Of a stretch of DNA of 64,000 nucleotides, positions 45,848 to 57,815 are shown piece after piece (positions within the stretch are counted from its first letter, which is position 1; each line of letters opens with the position of its first letter). The DNA comes from a bacterium (lineage in GTDB: Bacteria > SAR324 > NAC60-12): assembly GCA_965209155.1 (NCBI GenBank), contig OZ242383.1, positions 3,040,001 through 3,104,000 of the forward strand. Reading direction: 5' to 3'. A program made the position numbers and the translations under genes. The notes beneath the pieces are model-generated. The model worked only from the letters and a program-made list of their open reading frames with translations. It was not told the origin of the DNA and made no database searches.

Positions 45848-48196
45848 CTACCGGTCCTTGGATATCAGTTTTTTGAGTTCGATCTGGTCCGGATTCAACA
45901 GTTCTTTTACCTGGTTCGTATTAACCCCGGCGACAATAATATCACCAATTTCAGTGTTGACCTGATCATAGATTCCTAACTTTTTCATACCTTCGGCCTG
46001 CTTCAGGTTATCGTCGGTAGGGCTGACATAATGAACTGAAAGACTCTTATAGCGATGAATCAAAAACAAATGAATCAGAGTCATCAGTCGCTTCTGACGG
46101 AAACTCTGATTAAAGGTGTTCTGATCTCGAATGGTGAGAATATTTCGATCTCTTCGATCCTGGATCGTTGCAAATATTACGTTGGCCATCTTCGCCTTGG
46201 AATGATCCAATACATTCAATTCCAAGAGATCCAATCCGGCAGTATGGGGACGTAATTCAACGTGCAGAGGCGTTCCGTTCTTATTCTGTTCGCTCCAAAA
46301 TTCGAACCATTGTTCGAGTAGCTTGGGGGGTATCTCGATTTGTACCAAATGCTGAAACTGGGTCGATCCTTTACCCATCGCCTTTGTCGTCGCAGTTCTT
46401 CCGGTGGATGCCATCAAAGCGCCGTCAACACGTGGACCACCCACGTAGGTTTGAGGTGTTCTATAGGGAGAATCGACAAGCCTCAACTTTCGTTGCAAAC
46501 GGGCCAAGGCAAGCATCCCATCCTCTCGTAACGCAGTTGCGAATTCCTCTGACGCCAAACCATCTATTTGATGACCACCATAGGTTATAAAATTAAATAC
46601 GAAGCCGAGTTTACCCAACTCAGTCGGGAAATTGCGCATTTCATGATCACTCATTCCCGTCGTATCCCAATTGAAAGAAGGGGATAAATTGTAGGCTAGC
46701 ATCTGCTCGGGGTATTTTGAATGGATCGCCTGCGCGAATTTTTTTGCATCGTCTAAATTTGCCGTATTGGTCTCCATCCAAATAATATCCGCAAAGGGAG
46801 CCGCAGCAAGTGACTTTGCGATGGCATAATCGAATCCTCCTCGTATCTGGTAGAATCCTTCAGGAGTTCTCGATAATTCACAATCCCAGATTATATTAAT
46901 TCCCATCGACCGAGCTTTAACTCGCGCTTCACGAAACGAGACTTTATTGGCATAATCACGCCACTCTTCCACGGTCATCTCAAACTGAAAACCCTCATCA
47001 ATCTGGAATTCCATGACGTCCACGACGGCTTCTCCATAGGTCTTCAGACCCGCTTCCATCTCCCAGGTATCTAAAAACTGGGTCATTGCTTTATCCAAAG
47101 ACGCTTCAACATCTACCGCTTTACCCGATTGGAACGTTTCTATGTATTCATCGATAGATTTTAAAACACCAACTTGTTTGAGCCACTCGAATGCTTCCTC
47201 GTATGCGGCATCGGAAATGTTGTATAGCAAGTGCCCGTTCACTTCTCCAACTCCCCGATCGTTAAACCTTTTCAATACTGCCAGAAAAGAAACTTTATAG
47301 GTTGGGATATCAATCTTCGTAGCCCCAAGAATGAATGGCTGGTCGCGCTCATCTCCTCGTCCATCGAGAAACGTGGCCGCCTCGGCATCGGTGCGGGCGA
47401 CGATAATTCCGGGGACCTTCATTGTATCAAGTTGAAATCGAGCCGCGTTCAATCGAATGTTTTGTTCATTCTGGGGGACCAACACCTTTCCCGCCTGGTG
47501 TCCACATTTCTTGACACCCGGCTTTTGGTCTTCGATGTGGTAGCCCGGGACCCCCACTTCAACAAAGCGCCTGATGAGATTTCTGACATGAGCCTCCCCC
47601 CCATGACCGGTATCCGCATCAGCAATAATATTAGGCTGGTAATCAATTCGTGACGTGGCCATGCGCTCCTTGTCCGACATTTTAGATCGCGCATATTTTT
47701 GGTTGTTATCAGCGGTCAGTAATGCACGTACGATTGTGGCCGCTTCATCCGGTACCTGACTCAGGGGATAGCTCGCTAAATCCGGCCCTGGATCTTCAAC
47801 AATGGATCCCTTCGCGGACGTCGCCCATCCTCCTAAATAGATCCCCTCAATTCCCATCCGCTTCATCGTCACTGCCTGGCCTGGCGAATACGGACCAAAG
47901 GTCGTGATTGATTTTCCATTCGAAAATAGTTCCCTCAGTCGATTGTAAAATCTCTCGGCTGCAATCTTTGCAACGGTGTAGTCTTTTTGAATCGATCCGC
48001 GTTGTTCCACAACCTGCCGGGGGGAGTAGAGGCGCGTAATGGCCTTAAAACGGGGACTTGAAAACCATTCCTTCGTCTCCTTGACTTCTTTTTCCATTAA
48101 TTTCGTTTCAATTTCCGCAGCGTCTGCAGTCCAAGCCTCAGAGACAAAATCCCCATTCTCCGTGATTCGGGTTCCATCTTGCTTAAACGCTTCCAT
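45848..48196 (-). CDS. aceA: Isocitrate lyase, long ICL2-type with C-terminal domain
   Basis: [36 protein letters not shown]; extra C-terminal domain of roughly 160 aa. Confidence 0.92.
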   Translation of the reverse strand: MEAFKQDGTRITENGDFVSEAWTADAAEIETKLMEKEVKETKEWFSSPRFKAITRLYSPRQVVEQRGSIQKDYTVAKIAAERFYNRLRELFSNGKSITTFGPYSPGQAVTMKRMGIEGIYLGGWATSAKGSIVEDPGPDLASYPLSQVPDEAATIVRALLTADNNQKYARSKMSDKERMATSRIDYQPNIIADADTGHGGEAHVRNLIRRFVEVGVPGYHIEDQKPGVKKCGHQAGKVLVPQNEQNIRLNAARFQLDTMKVPGIIVARTDAEAATFLDGRGDERDQPFILGATKIDIPTYKVSFLAVLKRFNDRGVGEVNGHLLYNISDAAYEEAFEWLKQVGVLKSIDEYIETFQSGKAVDVEASLDKAMTQFLDTWEMEAGLKTYGEAVVDVMEFQIDEGFQFEMTVEEWRDYANKVSFREARVKARSMGINIIWDCELSRTPEGFYQIRGGFDYAIAKSLAAAPFADIIWMETNTANLDDAKKFAQAIHSKYPEQMLAYNLSPSFNWDTTGMSDHEMRNFPTELGKLGFVFNFITYGGHQIDGLASEEFATALREDGMLALARLQRKLRLVDSPYRTPQTYVGGPRVDGALMASTGRTATTKAMGKGSTQFQHLVQIEIPPKLLEQWFEFWSEQNKNGTPLHVELRPHTAGLDLLELNVLDHSKAKMANVIFATIQDRRDRNILTIRDQNTFNQSFRQKRLMTLIHLFLIHRYKSLSVHYVSPTDDNLKQAEGMKKLGIYDQVNTEIGDIIVAGVNTNQVKELLNPDQIELKKLISKDR

Positions 48197-48495
48197 GTAT
48201 TTCTTAATCCTTTCTTCAGCGGTTGTTAATTCTTGATGACTTCACTCATTCTACAATATTTTCACTTTATTTAAAGGAGATTTTTGTATCAAAGCGAATT
48301 AAGTGAGATTGATAGGGGCTAAGAGCACCCTTTTTTTTCTAAAAAATGCTAGACCTACCTGAGATAAAAAGGTATCGTTCATCATGGATTCTCGTGAAAA
48401 ATACTGCCTCAAAGTATCCTTTCACAAAGAGTCATAAGGCTGCGGTACTCAACCGGGGATGTTTCGAGACGGCCTAAACCAATATCAAACTCACT

Positions 48496-49383
48496 ATGCG
48501 AATATTGATTGCGGATGACAATGTTGAAATTCTTGATCAACTGAGAGATTTTCTTGAAACTCAGGGACACTGCGTCATCGAAGCGCAAGATGGTAGTCAT
48601 GCGCTTGAACTATTCCGGCAGAAAGGTGTGGATGCCGTTTTCAGCGCATTGACTATGCCCAAAATGGGAGGTATGGAACTCTTGAAAGAACTGAAAGCGA
48701 TACGTACCAAACTCCCTTTTGTACTCATCTCACGACATGAGGATGCGCAAAATATTCTGACCGCTTTGCAATTGGGTGCTTGCGATTTTCTTATCAAACC
48801 GCTCACCGTCGCCAATCTTCATCGAACTCATCACCAAATCAACGCTTTGTATGGGGACTATCAATTCAATAGTTATTGCCTCAAGCATTCCATCTCGGAA
48901 TCTCACAGTTTGGAATTGGGAAATGATTTCGAACACATCAATCAAATTGTCGCTTTCATTACGCGCAATGTGCCCTCCTATGGAATTCTGGATAAAGATG
49001 ACTTGTTCTCTTTGGAGATAGTGCTGGCAGAAACTTTGGAAAACGCCATTTTTCATGGTAATCTGGAAATTCCTTCCGAATTGAAAAATGCAGGTCATTC
49101 CCTATTCCAGGAGGAAGGAGCACGACGCAGGCAGTTCAAGCCTTATCAAGAAAGAAAAGTTTATCTTTCTTACGAAATCACGCAAAATTCAATAAAATAC
49201 GTGGTCCGTGATGAAGGGAAGGGTTTTGAGCACGAAAAGATTTTAGATCCCAGGGATCCGGATAATCTATTCAAGATTAATGGTCGTGGAATGTTACTGA
49301 CTATGAATTTTATGGATGAAGTCTTTTGGAATGAACGGGGAAACGAAATAACCATGATTCGCTATCGCAAACGAAATCAATGA
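48496..49383 (+). CDS. Receiver domain fused to anti-sigma-type HATPase domain
   Basis: ILIADD...MP...KP receiver; ENAIFHGN, DEGKGF, GRG. Confidence 0.85.
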   Translation: MRILIADDNVEILDQLRDFLETQGHCVIEAQDGSHALELFRQKGVDAVFSALTMPKMGGMELLKELKAIRTKLPFVLISRHEDAQNILTALQLGACDFLIKPLTVANLHRTHHQINALYGDYQFNSYCLKHSISESHSLELGNDFEHINQIVAFITRNVPSYGILDKDDLFSLEIVLAETLENAIFHGNLEIPSELKNAGHSLFQEEGARRRQFKPYQERKVYLSYEITQNSIKYVVRDEGKGFEHEKILDPRDPDNLFKINGRGMLLTMNFMDEVFWNERGNEITMIRYRKRNQ

Positions 49384-49387
49384 GACC

Positions 49388-50140
49388 ATGCAACCATCAA
49401 GATTTATTTTTCTGCTTGCTCCATCGATAATTATCCTGGGCACCTTGCTCCAGGGTTGCAGCCCTCCCGTCGAAATTGAAGTGACGACAGTCGAACTGTA
49501 TCATCGAGCATTGATGGCTTATGAAGATAACTCTCTCAATGAGGCGCAAACTGATTTCGAGAAAGTCATTGAGCAAAATCCGGGAACTCGTCTGGCAACG
49601 CTTTCCTATTTAAAATTGGGTGATTTGCATTTCAACATCTCCGAATGGGATGAAGCCGAAATCAATTATCGTAGTTTTCTCAATCAAAGTCCAAATAGCC
49701 ACCTGACTCCCTATGTCTTGAGCCAGTTGATTTCTCTCAATTACCAAAGAAATTTGCAGGGACTTATCTTTGAAAGTCGTGAATCCGATCGAAATATGGA
49801 ACCCAATCGAAAAATTATCCAGGAATATCAGCGTTTTTTCTTTTTATATCCCCAAAATGCCTATCTCTCCGATGTAAGAACATTCCTGTCCCGAGCCAAG
49901 AATGACCTTGCTGACCATGAATTTATGGTTGGTAATTTTTATTTTGGACAAAAAGCCTTTCAGTCCGCAATTTTAAGGTATTTGCACCTCTTAAAAAATT
50001 ATCCTGAATACCCACGAACTAAAGAAGTCGGACTGCGACTGATCGAAGCCTATGAAGCCAACCAACAACCCGATCTTGCCGATGAAATGCGCAAAGCAAT
50101 GGAAGCGCATTTTGCTTCGGAAAGTAATGAAAGAATGTAA
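49388..50140 (+). CDS. bamD: Outer membrane protein assembly lipoprotein BamD
   Basis: Lipobox LQGC, TPR repeats, LADHEFMVGNFY...AILRY. Confidence 0.8.
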   Translation: MQPSRFIFLLAPSIIILGTLLQGCSPPVEIEVTTVELYHRALMAYEDNSLNEAQTDFEKVIEQNPGTRLATLSYLKLGDLHFNISEWDEAEINYRSFLNQSPNSHLTPYVLSQLISLNYQRNLQGLIFESRESDRNMEPNRKIIQEYQRFFFLYPQNAYLSDVRTFLSRAKNDLADHEFMVGNFYFGQKAFQSAILRYLHLLKNYPEYPRTKEVGLRLIEAYEANQQPDLADEMRKAMEAHFASESNERM

Positions 50141-50857
50141 ATGTCCACTTCGATTGAAGATTTAGTTGCACTCAGTCAAACCGATCAGCAACTGTTGATT
50201 TCTCAACGTAGTTTAGAAAAATTAAAACAAAAGATCATGGTAGCGCGTGAACCTTTGAATCAATACGAAACTAAGATTCAAGAAATTAAGGAACAACAGG
50301 AATCTAACATTCTTGTCTATCGAGAAGCGCAAAAAAAATTTGGAGAAGAAGATTTATTTATCAGCAAAGTAGAGTCTCTGATTCCCTTGATCAGAACGCC
50401 AAAAGAATTCAATGCCCGTAAAAAAGAATTAGAAGAAGCACGGAAAAGGCGTGGAAGCGCAGAAAATGAATTGCTGGAAAGTGAAATCAAAAAAGAAGAA
50501 TTCCAAAAAGAGATGAACCGGCTTCAAGAAGATTGGAGTCAAGCAAAAGACGCATTTGAGAAAGATATTACCGATTTAGTTTTACAAAAGAGTTCCACAA
50601 TGGAAAAGCTGAATAGATTGAAAAAGTGTCAAGTCGATTTGAAAGCAAAGCTTGATGCATCATTGAGTCGGCAGTATCAAAACTCCCGCCAACGAGGAAT
50701 TTTTCCTGCCATTTGTCCGGTGGTAAACAAGGCATGCAGTGGATGTAACTCGGTTTTGCCTCCTCAGATGTTCAATGAAATGATTGCCAACTCAGACAAA
50801 CATCGCAATTGTCCTTTCTGCTACCGCATTATTTTCTATCTGGCCGACCCCCGGTAA
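50141..50857 (+). CDS. Coiled-coil C4 zinc-ribbon protein (DUF164/CT398-like)
   Basis: Long coiled coil ending CSGC..LPPQ...CPFCYRI. Confidence 0.85.
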   Translation: MSTSIEDLVALSQTDQQLLISQRSLEKLKQKIMVAREPLNQYETKIQEIKEQQESNILVYREAQKKFGEEDLFISKVESLIPLIRTPKEFNARKKELEEARKRRGSAENELLESEIKKEEFQKEMNRLQEDWSQAKDAFEKDITDLVLQKSSTMEKLNRLKKCQVDLKAKLDASLSRQYQNSRQRGIFPAICPVVNKACSGCNSVLPPQMFNEMIANSDKHRNCPFCYRIIFYLADPR

Positions 50858-50980
50858 CGTATTCGCAGGAGTTCTGACTAAAAATACGCAATTTACGCTT
50901 CCTGTGATTCAAATCCTGGTCGTGTTTGCAAATTTGATATAGATTGATGAAAATAAATTAAGATTTTCTCAATTCGTTCC

Positions 50981-52111
50981 ATGTTTCCTCCCTTCCGTTT
51001 TCTCGTCTTCAAAGAAAAATATTTCCCGTTCAACAGACCAGTCATTCCTGTGATCTTCTGCTTAGGAATCTTTCTCTCAGGATGTGGAGAAATTCAGTAT
51101 TATCTACAAGCCATCAATGGACACCTGGATATTTTAAACCAAAAAAAAGACCTGCAGCAATTGCTCCAAGATCCTCAAACTCCTCCCCAATTGGCAAGCA
51201 AGTTGAAATTGATCCAAGACGTCCGTCAATTTGCAAAAGAAAAAATGCAACTGCCTCATACGCACGGCTATACTGCCTATTCAGATATCGAGAAACCCTT
51301 TGTCAGCACCGTGGTGACGGCTGCTCACGCTTTGAAGCTGGAACCATACCAATGGTGTTTTTTATTCATAGGGTGTGTGGAATACAGAGGATATTTTGAT
51401 CCTGCTCAGGCACGTACTTACGCGGATAAATTGGTAAAAGGAGGTTGGGATGTGGCTTTGAAAAATGTTCGTGCCTATTCTACGTTAAAATGGTTAAACA
51501 ATAGTTTTATTCCCGATTATTTCAAAGATCCGATTCTGAATACGTTTATTGATCGTTCGAATATGGTCATTATTGGCACTTTGCTTCATGAAATGGCCCA
51601 TCAAGTGATTTTTATTGCAGGAGACACTTCCTTCAATGAATCTTTTGCAGTTTTTGTGGAACAGGAAGGGTTGAAGCAATACCTGCAATCTCGTATTGAA
51701 GAGGATTCTCAGACTTACCTGTATTACTTGCGGAGTAAAGAAGACAAAAGCCGATTTTTGCAAATCGTCCAGACTTTTTATGATAAATTTGAGGAACTTT
51801 ATCGCTCACCTCTGACAGATAAGGAAAAATTGGCTCAAAAAAAGCAACTTTTTCAGGAAATGCAGAAGACGTATCGCCAAAATGCGCATGAATTTAAAGT
51901 GTTGAATTACGACCGTTGGTTTGAACAATCCTTAAACAATGCGCATTTGTTGGGAATCAAGCGATATCAAAATTATACAGCTTCCTTCCAACACATTTTT
52001 AAGGAACAGGATCAGAATTGGCCGGCATTTTTTGCAACGATTGAAGAACTTGCTGCGCTTCCCAAAGAAAAACGTGATGCCTACTTAGAGTCGCGGCGTT
52101 CCCACCTCTGA
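50981..52111 (+). CDS. Putative zinc aminopeptidase (lipoprotein)
   Basis: LSGC lipobox, GCVEYRGYF, AYSTL, HEMAHQ, FNESFA. Confidence 0.85.
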   Translation: MFPPFRFLVFKEKYFPFNRPVIPVIFCLGIFLSGCGEIQYYLQAINGHLDILNQKKDLQQLLQDPQTPPQLASKLKLIQDVRQFAKEKMQLPHTHGYTAYSDIEKPFVSTVVTAAHALKLEPYQWCFLFIGCVEYRGYFDPAQARTYADKLVKGGWDVALKNVRAYSTLKWLNNSFIPDYFKDPILNTFIDRSNMVIIGTLLHEMAHQVIFIAGDTSFNESFAVFVEQEGLKQYLQSRIEEDSQTYLYYLRSKEDKSRFLQIVQTFYDKFEELYRSPLTDKEKLAQKKQLFQEMQKTYRQNAHEFKVLNYDRWFEQSLNNAHLLGIKRYQNYTASFQHIFKEQDQNWPAFFATIEELAALPKEKRDAYLESRRSHL

Positions 52112-52165
52112 GACGTTTTCAGGAATACTATTGGTTTTTGAACGGGAGTGATTGAATCGAAAGTT

Positions 52166-54241
52166 TTATGATTCCCTGGAAAAAACGATTTTACTCAAAT
52201 CCATGTAATGCGCGGACCAGTTAGCAATCGACCGGCACAAAAACAAACGATTCTGCCGATTGATCAGATCTTTATCCATCACCAGGACTTTGTCAAAAAA
52301 GAGAGTGATTGCGGGTTCCAACTCAAACAGAGTTTGAAAATACTGATTCAAATCCAGGGTTGAATTCGTCAATGGTTCGATTTTTTTCCACAATGCTTTC
52401 TCTTCTGGTTCGGCAAAGGAATCTTTTGAAACCCATTCCGGAATATGACTTTGCGTTTTTGAAATATTTTCTGCTCGGACAATGGCTTCCACTGCGCATT
52501 TGAAGGCGGGAGATTCCAAATGATCTGAGGCCATTTCCGCCAACTGTAGCTGTTGTATCGGTAATAAGGATTTCGCAGCCAATGAGGCTTCAATCACATC
52601 ATAGCGAATCTTGGCTTCCTGCATGAAAAAACGCTGCCGCAGGGCAAAAAATTGTGTCAGTTCCTCAGTGATATTATGAATATTCAGACTCAATCCCTGT
52701 TGTTTATTCAAAATCTCAAGAGAACGAGTGGATAACTCACGAAGGGAAATAAGCAGTTTCGATTCCAACACAATTTGCACTATCCCCTGTGCCATTCGCC
52801 GTAAGGCATAGGGATCTGCAGAACCCGTAGGAATGAGATTGAGAGAAAAGGCGGTGGCCAGCATGTCTGTTTTATCAGCAATGGCTACTGCTACAATTTC
52901 GGGATGCTTTGGAATGCAATCTTGAGCAAATCGGGGATAGTAGTGTTCGCGAATTCCCTGACTGACCAAAGGATCCTCTTTCCACGAGCGAGCATAATGA
53001 GCACCTATAATTCCTTGTAAGGAGGGAAACTCTGAAACCATCTGGGTTTGCAGGTCAAATTTGCACAGGGTTGCAATGCGTTCAACAACGCTTTTTTGTT
53101 GCTCACTCAAACGCAACTGCTCTGACACGAAAATGCTCAGAATTTTCAGCCTTTCAATTCGTTGCGCAATGGAGCCACGTTTGCGAAAAAAAACTACGGA
53201 TTCTGCTTTTTTATTGAAAAAAGATGGGTCACGTTTTTGATCTTCCAGAAAAAAGAATCGAGCGTCATTTAAACGAGCACGAATCACTTTTTCATTTCCC
53301 TTTACTACAATCGATGCATGGTGTTTGTCTCCATTTCGCACTGTAATGAAACCGGGTAGCAGGCGTTGATGTTGATCATAAACGGGAAAATAGCGCTGGT
53401 GTTCAGCCATGGCAGTCACCAGAATTTCAGTAGGCAGTTGTAAAAATTCATTTGCAAAACTACCCAACAACACAGTGGGCCATTCCACCAGATTGGTCAC
53501 TTCTTCCAAAAGATCATTTTCCAAAACGACACAAAAATTATGTCGCTCTTCCAAGACGCTTACCTGCTCGACAATCATCGAACGCCGTTTTTCATGACTG
53601 GCAACAACATGCAACATTTCCATCATAGAGGGATATTGTTCGGCATGAGGTAATAAAACAGGTTTTGGGTGCAAAAAACGATGACCACGCAGTTGATTGT
53701 CGGCAGTGACCATCTCCAGGGAAACAGGCAGGATTTGATCATTCCACAAAGAAATTAACCAGCGTATGGGTCGAATGAATTTCATTTTGTATTGACCCCA
53801 GCGCATGGTGCGGGGAAAAGTGAGCTCCGTGATCCACCCTTTCACATGCCTTTCGATCACTTGGGATGTTGGTTTGCCACGAATTTCCTTACGGATAAAT
53901 AAAAAATCCTTGCCGTGGAATTCTTTGATGTACAATTCTCTGACATCAGCTTGATTTTTCTTCACAAAACCAAGAGCCGCTTTACTCCACTGACCTTTCT
54001 TGTCCCTGGCAATTTGTAAAGGGGGGCCTTTTATTTCTGAGATCAGGTCCTGTTGTTTGTCAGGTAGTCCTTTAACCAATACGGCTAAACGTCGTGGAGA
54101 AGAAAATATCTGTAAAGATTGGAATGGTATTTGGTTTTGTTGACAGGTTGTTTGAATTTTTTCTGCAAGTTGTCGGGCTGAAGGCACGACCAAATCAGCC
54201 GGCAATTCTTCCAAACCAATTTCCAGTAAATAAGCATTCAT
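52166..54241 (-). CDS. glyS: Glycine--tRNA ligase beta subunit
   Basis: LLEIGLEELPA, SPRRLA, MRWG...RPIRW, GNEKVIRARL, GSADPYALRR. Confidence 0.95.
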   Translation of the reverse strand: MNAYLLEIGLEELPADLVVPSARQLAEKIQTTCQQNQIPFQSLQIFSSPRRLAVLVKGLPDKQQDLISEIKGPPLQIARDKKGQWSKAALGFVKKNQADVRELYIKEFHGKDFLFIRKEIRGKPTSQVIERHVKGWITELTFPRTMRWGQYKMKFIRPIRWLISLWNDQILPVSLEMVTADNQLRGHRFLHPKPVLLPHAEQYPSMMEMLHVVASHEKRRSMIVEQVSVLEERHNFCVVLENDLLEEVTNLVEWPTVLLGSFANEFLQLPTEILVTAMAEHQRYFPVYDQHQRLLPGFITVRNGDKHHASIVVKGNEKVIRARLNDARFFFLEDQKRDPSFFNKKAESVVFFRKRGSIAQRIERLKILSIFVSEQLRLSEQQKSVVERIATLCKFDLQTQMVSEFPSLQGIIGAHYARSWKEDPLVSQGIREHYYPRFAQDCIPKHPEIVAVAIADKTDMLATAFSLNLIPTGSADPYALRRMAQGIVQIVLESKLLISLRELSTRSLEILNKQQGLSLNIHNITEELTQFFALRQRFFMQEAKIRYDVIEASLAAKSLLPIQQLQLAEMASDHLESPAFKCAVEAIVRAENISKTQSHIPEWVSKDSFAEPEEKALWKKIEPLTNSTLDLNQYFQTLFELEPAITLFFDKVLVMDKDLINRQNRLFLCRSIANWSAHYMDLSKIVFSRES

Positions 54242-55173
54242 TACTGTTTTGTCATTTCCTTGAGCAAGATTTCAGCAGATTGACGATCCTGCAATAAGGG
54301 GAATTCCAGTTTTCGACGTTCTTCCAGGAATGAGACTGCGATTTGATGGGATAGATTTCGCACACGATCGATATAGGTGGCTCGTTCCGAAACACTGATC
54401 ACCCCTGCTGCAACCAACTGATTGAAAACATGGGAGCATTTCAATACATAGTCGTACGCCGGAAAGATCAATTTATGCTCTATGCAACGCCATGCTTCGC
54501 ATTCGAACTGACTGAATTGCGTGAATAAGAAATCCCCTTCAAGGACCTCAAAGGTATATTTGGAATGTTCAAATTCTGCCTGTCTGAAAATCGCATTGTA
54601 AGAAATCCGTTCAGCAAACTCCAGTTCAAAGACATTTTCTTTTCCTTGCAGATAAGAAGCCAATCGTTCCAATCCATAGGTCAGTTCTACTGAAACCGGA
54701 TGGCATTCCAATCCACCCATTTGCTGAAAATACGTGAATTGGGTCACTTCCATACCATCAAGCCAAATTTCCCATCCTAAACCCCAAGCTCCTAATGTGG
54801 GGGATTCCCAGTTGTCTTCGACAAAACGAATGTCATGTTCCAAGGGATTCAAATCCAGTTCCTGCAAGGAATTCAGGTAGATGTCTTGAATATCATCCGG
54901 AATCGGTTTCAAGATAACCTGATATTGGTGGTGTTGATAGAGACGATTCGGATTGCCTCCGTATCGTCCGTCTGCAGGTCGACGGGAGGGTTCTACATAG
55001 GCGGCTCTCCAATGTTCTGGACCAATGGTACGCAGAAAGGTGGCTGGATTCATTGTTCCAGCCCCGGTTTCGATATCGTACGGGTTCATTATTAAACAAC
55101 CATGCTCTGACCAAAACCGGTGTAAAGTCATAATGATATCCTGCAAAGTATAAGACCTTTTTCTACCTGTCAT
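54241..55173 (-). CDS. glyQ: Glycine--tRNA ligase alpha subunit (TTG at 55221 is an alternative start)
   Basis: [44 protein letters not shown]. Confidence 0.96.
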   Translation of the reverse strand: MTGRKRSYTLQDIIMTLHRFWSEHGCLIMNPYDIETGAGTMNPATFLRTIGPEHWRAAYVEPSRRPADGRYGGNPNRLYQHHQYQVILKPIPDDIQDIYLNSLQELDLNPLEHDIRFVEDNWESPTLGAWGLGWEIWLDGMEVTQFTYFQQMGGLECHPVSVELTYGLERLASYLQGKENVFELEFAERISYNAIFRQAEFEHSKYTFEVLEGDFLFTQFSQFECEAWRCIEHKLIFPAYDYVLKCSHVFNQLVAAGVISVSERATYIDRVRNLSHQIAVSFLEERRKLEFPLLQDRQSAEILLKEMTKQ

Positions 55174-55217
55174 AGCAAAACCTGGAAGAGATGGGAATAT
55201 TTGGTCAGATGCGAAAC

Positions 55218-56510
55218 TCAATTGATTGTCCCTGTTCTCGATAGTTCGTGCCTTGTCGCACAGAGAAATTTTGTCCTCAGGAAGGATAAGAATTGTTCGA
55301 CCACAGGAAGCACCATTTGAGCTGAGACTGTCGGCAATGCATCAAAACCATGCCCTACCCAAGGTAATTTCAGTAATACCAAGGATGGTGTATCTGCTTT
55401 ACGTAAAGCATCATGGAATCGTAAAGTTTCGTCAGTTGCGATCAGGGAGTCAATCTCTCCCTGGATAAGCATGAAAGGAGGAGGATTTTTTGATATCCTC
55501 CGTATAGGGGACGCTTGGCGGAATTTTGCAGGATTTCTATGAGGTGTGCTGCGCATAGCCGTTTTCAGAACATTTTGCAATGGCAAATTGGATTTTTTTT
55601 CAAAGTGTGTTTCAAGATCATAAATTCCATAAAAAGCCACACAGCCTTGAACCGTGGTGTCTACATCCGCAAATTCAGGCTGAAATTCCACATCCCCTGG
55701 AGTCAATGCAGTGAGAGCGGCAAGATGCGCTCCTGCTGAGCCTCCCGTAACGACTAAAAAATTGGGATCGGCTCCATAAGATTTTCCATTTGTCTTTATC
55801 CAATGGATGGCTCGCTTGCAGTCAATCAAATGATCCGGGAACACTGCTTGTGGGCTCAATCGATAAGAAATTGAAAAACAGATCCACCCTCGAGCTGCCA
55901 TTCTCACCATCAGGGGAATTCCCTGATTGTTTTTACCAATTGTCCAGGCACCTCCATGGATCTGAAGCAGTACTGGACAATCACTGGCATGATGTCTTGG
56001 GCGGTAGATATCCAAAGTCAAGGAAATGCCCTGATCATGATAGAAAGGAATATTTGAAATGATTTCAATCCGAGCGTCTTTCAATAGTAGGAAGGGGTTC
56101 CAATAGATTCTCCAATTGATGGAAGTGGCAGAAACTGTTTTTGGGTAATCCTCTACTTGAAGCTGCTCATAATCAGCGCCCAATGCAGCCTTCATTTGCT
56201 GGTCAACCAATAGCTTCAGGCGAATGAGGAGTCGAAAGCGCCATCCCAACGGAATCCAGCTGAGCAACAAGAGAAGTAAAGCAAATTGCCCAAGTTTGCT
56301 TTCCAGTGCGCCTGCAATAAAGAAAAAAAATGTAACTCCCAGATTGAAAACAATCCAATGCAGGGCCAAGTCCCCTATCAACCAACTAGCAGCAAAAATC
56401 GACAAAACAAACAGCCTGTTATCACTCCAGTGAACAGGCTGAAAGACGTTGACAGTGAGCAGCGCGCAGAAGACGCTCCAAAGCAAAAAAAATAATGCCA
56501 TGCAACTCAC
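55218..56510 (-). CDS. Membrane-anchored alpha/beta hydrolase (HSL-like esterase)
   Basis: HGGAW, GGSAG nucleophile, GEID, HGFD; N-terminal TM helices. Confidence 0.88.
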   Translation of the reverse strand: MSCMALFFLLWSVFCALLTVNVFQPVHWSDNRLFVLSIFAASWLIGDLALHWIVFNLGVTFFFFIAGALESKLGQFALLLLLLSWIPLGWRFRLLIRLKLLVDQQMKAALGADYEQLQVEDYPKTVSATSINWRIYWNPFLLLKDARIEIISNIPFYHDQGISLTLDIYRPRHHASDCPVLLQIHGGAWTIGKNNQGIPLMVRMAARGWICFSISYRLSPQAVFPDHLIDCKRAIHWIKTNGKSYGADPNFLVVTGGSAGAHLAALTALTPGDVEFQPEFADVDTTVQGCVAFYGIYDLETHFEKKSNLPLQNVLKTAMRSTPHRNPAKFRQASPIRRISKNPPPFMLIQGEIDSLIATDETLRFHDALRKADTPSLVLLKLPWVGHGFDALPTVSAQMVLPVVEQFLSFLRTKFLCATRHELSRTGTIN

Positions 56511-56539
56511 TTTCAGGACTCAAGGGAGAAACACGCAAA

Positions 56540-56932
56540 CTAGCGTTTTGAATACTGATATCGTTTGCGAGCCCCGGGCTGACCATATTTTTTTCGTTCA
56601 ACCTGTCTGGCATCACGTGTCAGCATCTTTGCTTTTTTCAAAATCGGACGAAGCCCTTCATCCAATTCCTGCAATGCCTTTGCGATCCCATGCCGAATGG
56701 CTCCGGCTTGACCGGATAATCCACCTCCCTGAACATTGACAAATAGATCAAAGTGTCCCACTGTCTCCGTCAATTCCAGTGGCTGGTGAACGATCATTCG
56801 CAAGGTTTTCCTGGCAAAATAATCATCAACACTTTTATTATTGACAGTGATTTGTCCCTCTCCGGGGCGTAAATAGACACGTGCAATCGAACTTTTACGA
56901 CGTCCCGTTCCATAATATTGTTCCACGGCCAT
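56540..56932 (-). CDS. rpsI: 30S ribosomal protein S9
   Basis: [22 protein letters not shown]...QYSKR. Confidence 0.98.
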   Translation of the reverse strand: MAVEQYYGTGRRKSSIARVYLRPGEGQITVNNKSVDDYFARKTLRMIVHQPLELTETVGHFDLFVNVQGGGLSGQAGAIRHGIAKALQELDEGLRPILKKAKMLTRDARQVERKKYGQPGARKRYQYSKR

Positions 56933-56938
56933 CTTCAA

Positions 56939-57391
56939 TTATCCTTTCAACTCTAATGGTTGCGGATCTTGTGCTTCATGCGGATGTTGAGAACCAGTAT
57001 AAATTTTTAACTTGCGCAGTGCTGTTCGATTGAGGGCGTTCTTGGACATCATTCCTTTGACTGCATTATAAACCAATGCGGTTGGCTTTTTTTTCAGAAG
57101 TTCTTGTGCCTTCGCTTGTCTCAATCCACCGGGATATCCCGTATGGTGATAATAAATTTTGTCTTTCATCTTCTTTCCGGTCAAAACCACCTTTTCCGCA
57201 TTAACAACCACCACGTAATCTCCCGTATCAACATGGGGCGTGTAAATCGGTTTATGCTTCCCTCTTAGCAAATTGGCAACCTGCGTGGCCAAACGTCCCA
57301 ATGTTTTTCCCTCTCCATCCACCAACCACCATTGGCGGGAATGGGTGCCATTTTGTAGATCTTCTTTATTTATCGACCTTGTTTTCATCAT
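56939..57391 (-). CDS. rplM: 50S ribosomal protein L13
   Basis: LGRLA...[28 protein letters not shown]. Confidence 0.98.
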   Translation of the reverse strand: MMKTRSINKEDLQNGTHSRQWWLVDGEGKTLGRLATQVANLLRGKHKPIYTPHVDTGDYVVVVNAEKVVLTGKKMKDKIYYHHTGYPGGLRQAKAQELLKKKPTALVYNAVKGMMSKNALNRTALRKLKIYTGSQHPHEAQDPQPLELKG

Positions 57392-57490
57392 GCTTGCTGA
57401 TTGTTGACATCCAAATTTCACGTCCGATAGAAATGCAAACTTTTATGATAACAGCAGGATTAATAGGATTTCAAGTTTTTTCTTGCCCGA

Positions 57491-57815
57491 GGGTGTAATT
57501 AAAAGTGAGGATCATCTCAATTAAGCCCTTTGAAGTTGTTGCCAATAACAATCCCATTTTCCATAGGCTCTTACCACCCTGAGTTGAATCATCTGATCGG
57601 CATGTTGTTTTTTCCACCAAGCGCCCGGGAGTTTGAGACGTTTTTGGATGAGGGAACGATGGGTGCTTTCAATTTTTCCAGAGCCGATAGGGAGTTGTTG
57701 ATCAATAGATGTTATGTATTAAACTGTCCGGGACGATTTTTCATTTAACGTACCAAAGCGCGAATGGGGGCCTGTTCATTGGGAATAGATTCAGGTTCTT
57801 GCCTGGATATAAACT
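57491..57815 (-). mobile_element. ISKra4-family transposase 3' remnant with terminal inverted repeat
   Basis: Minus strand reads APIRALVR*MKNRPGQFKY...LPIGSGKIESTHRSLIQKRLKLPGAWW...LRVVRA. End sequence GGGTGTAATTAAAAGTG at 57491. Confidence 0.7.
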
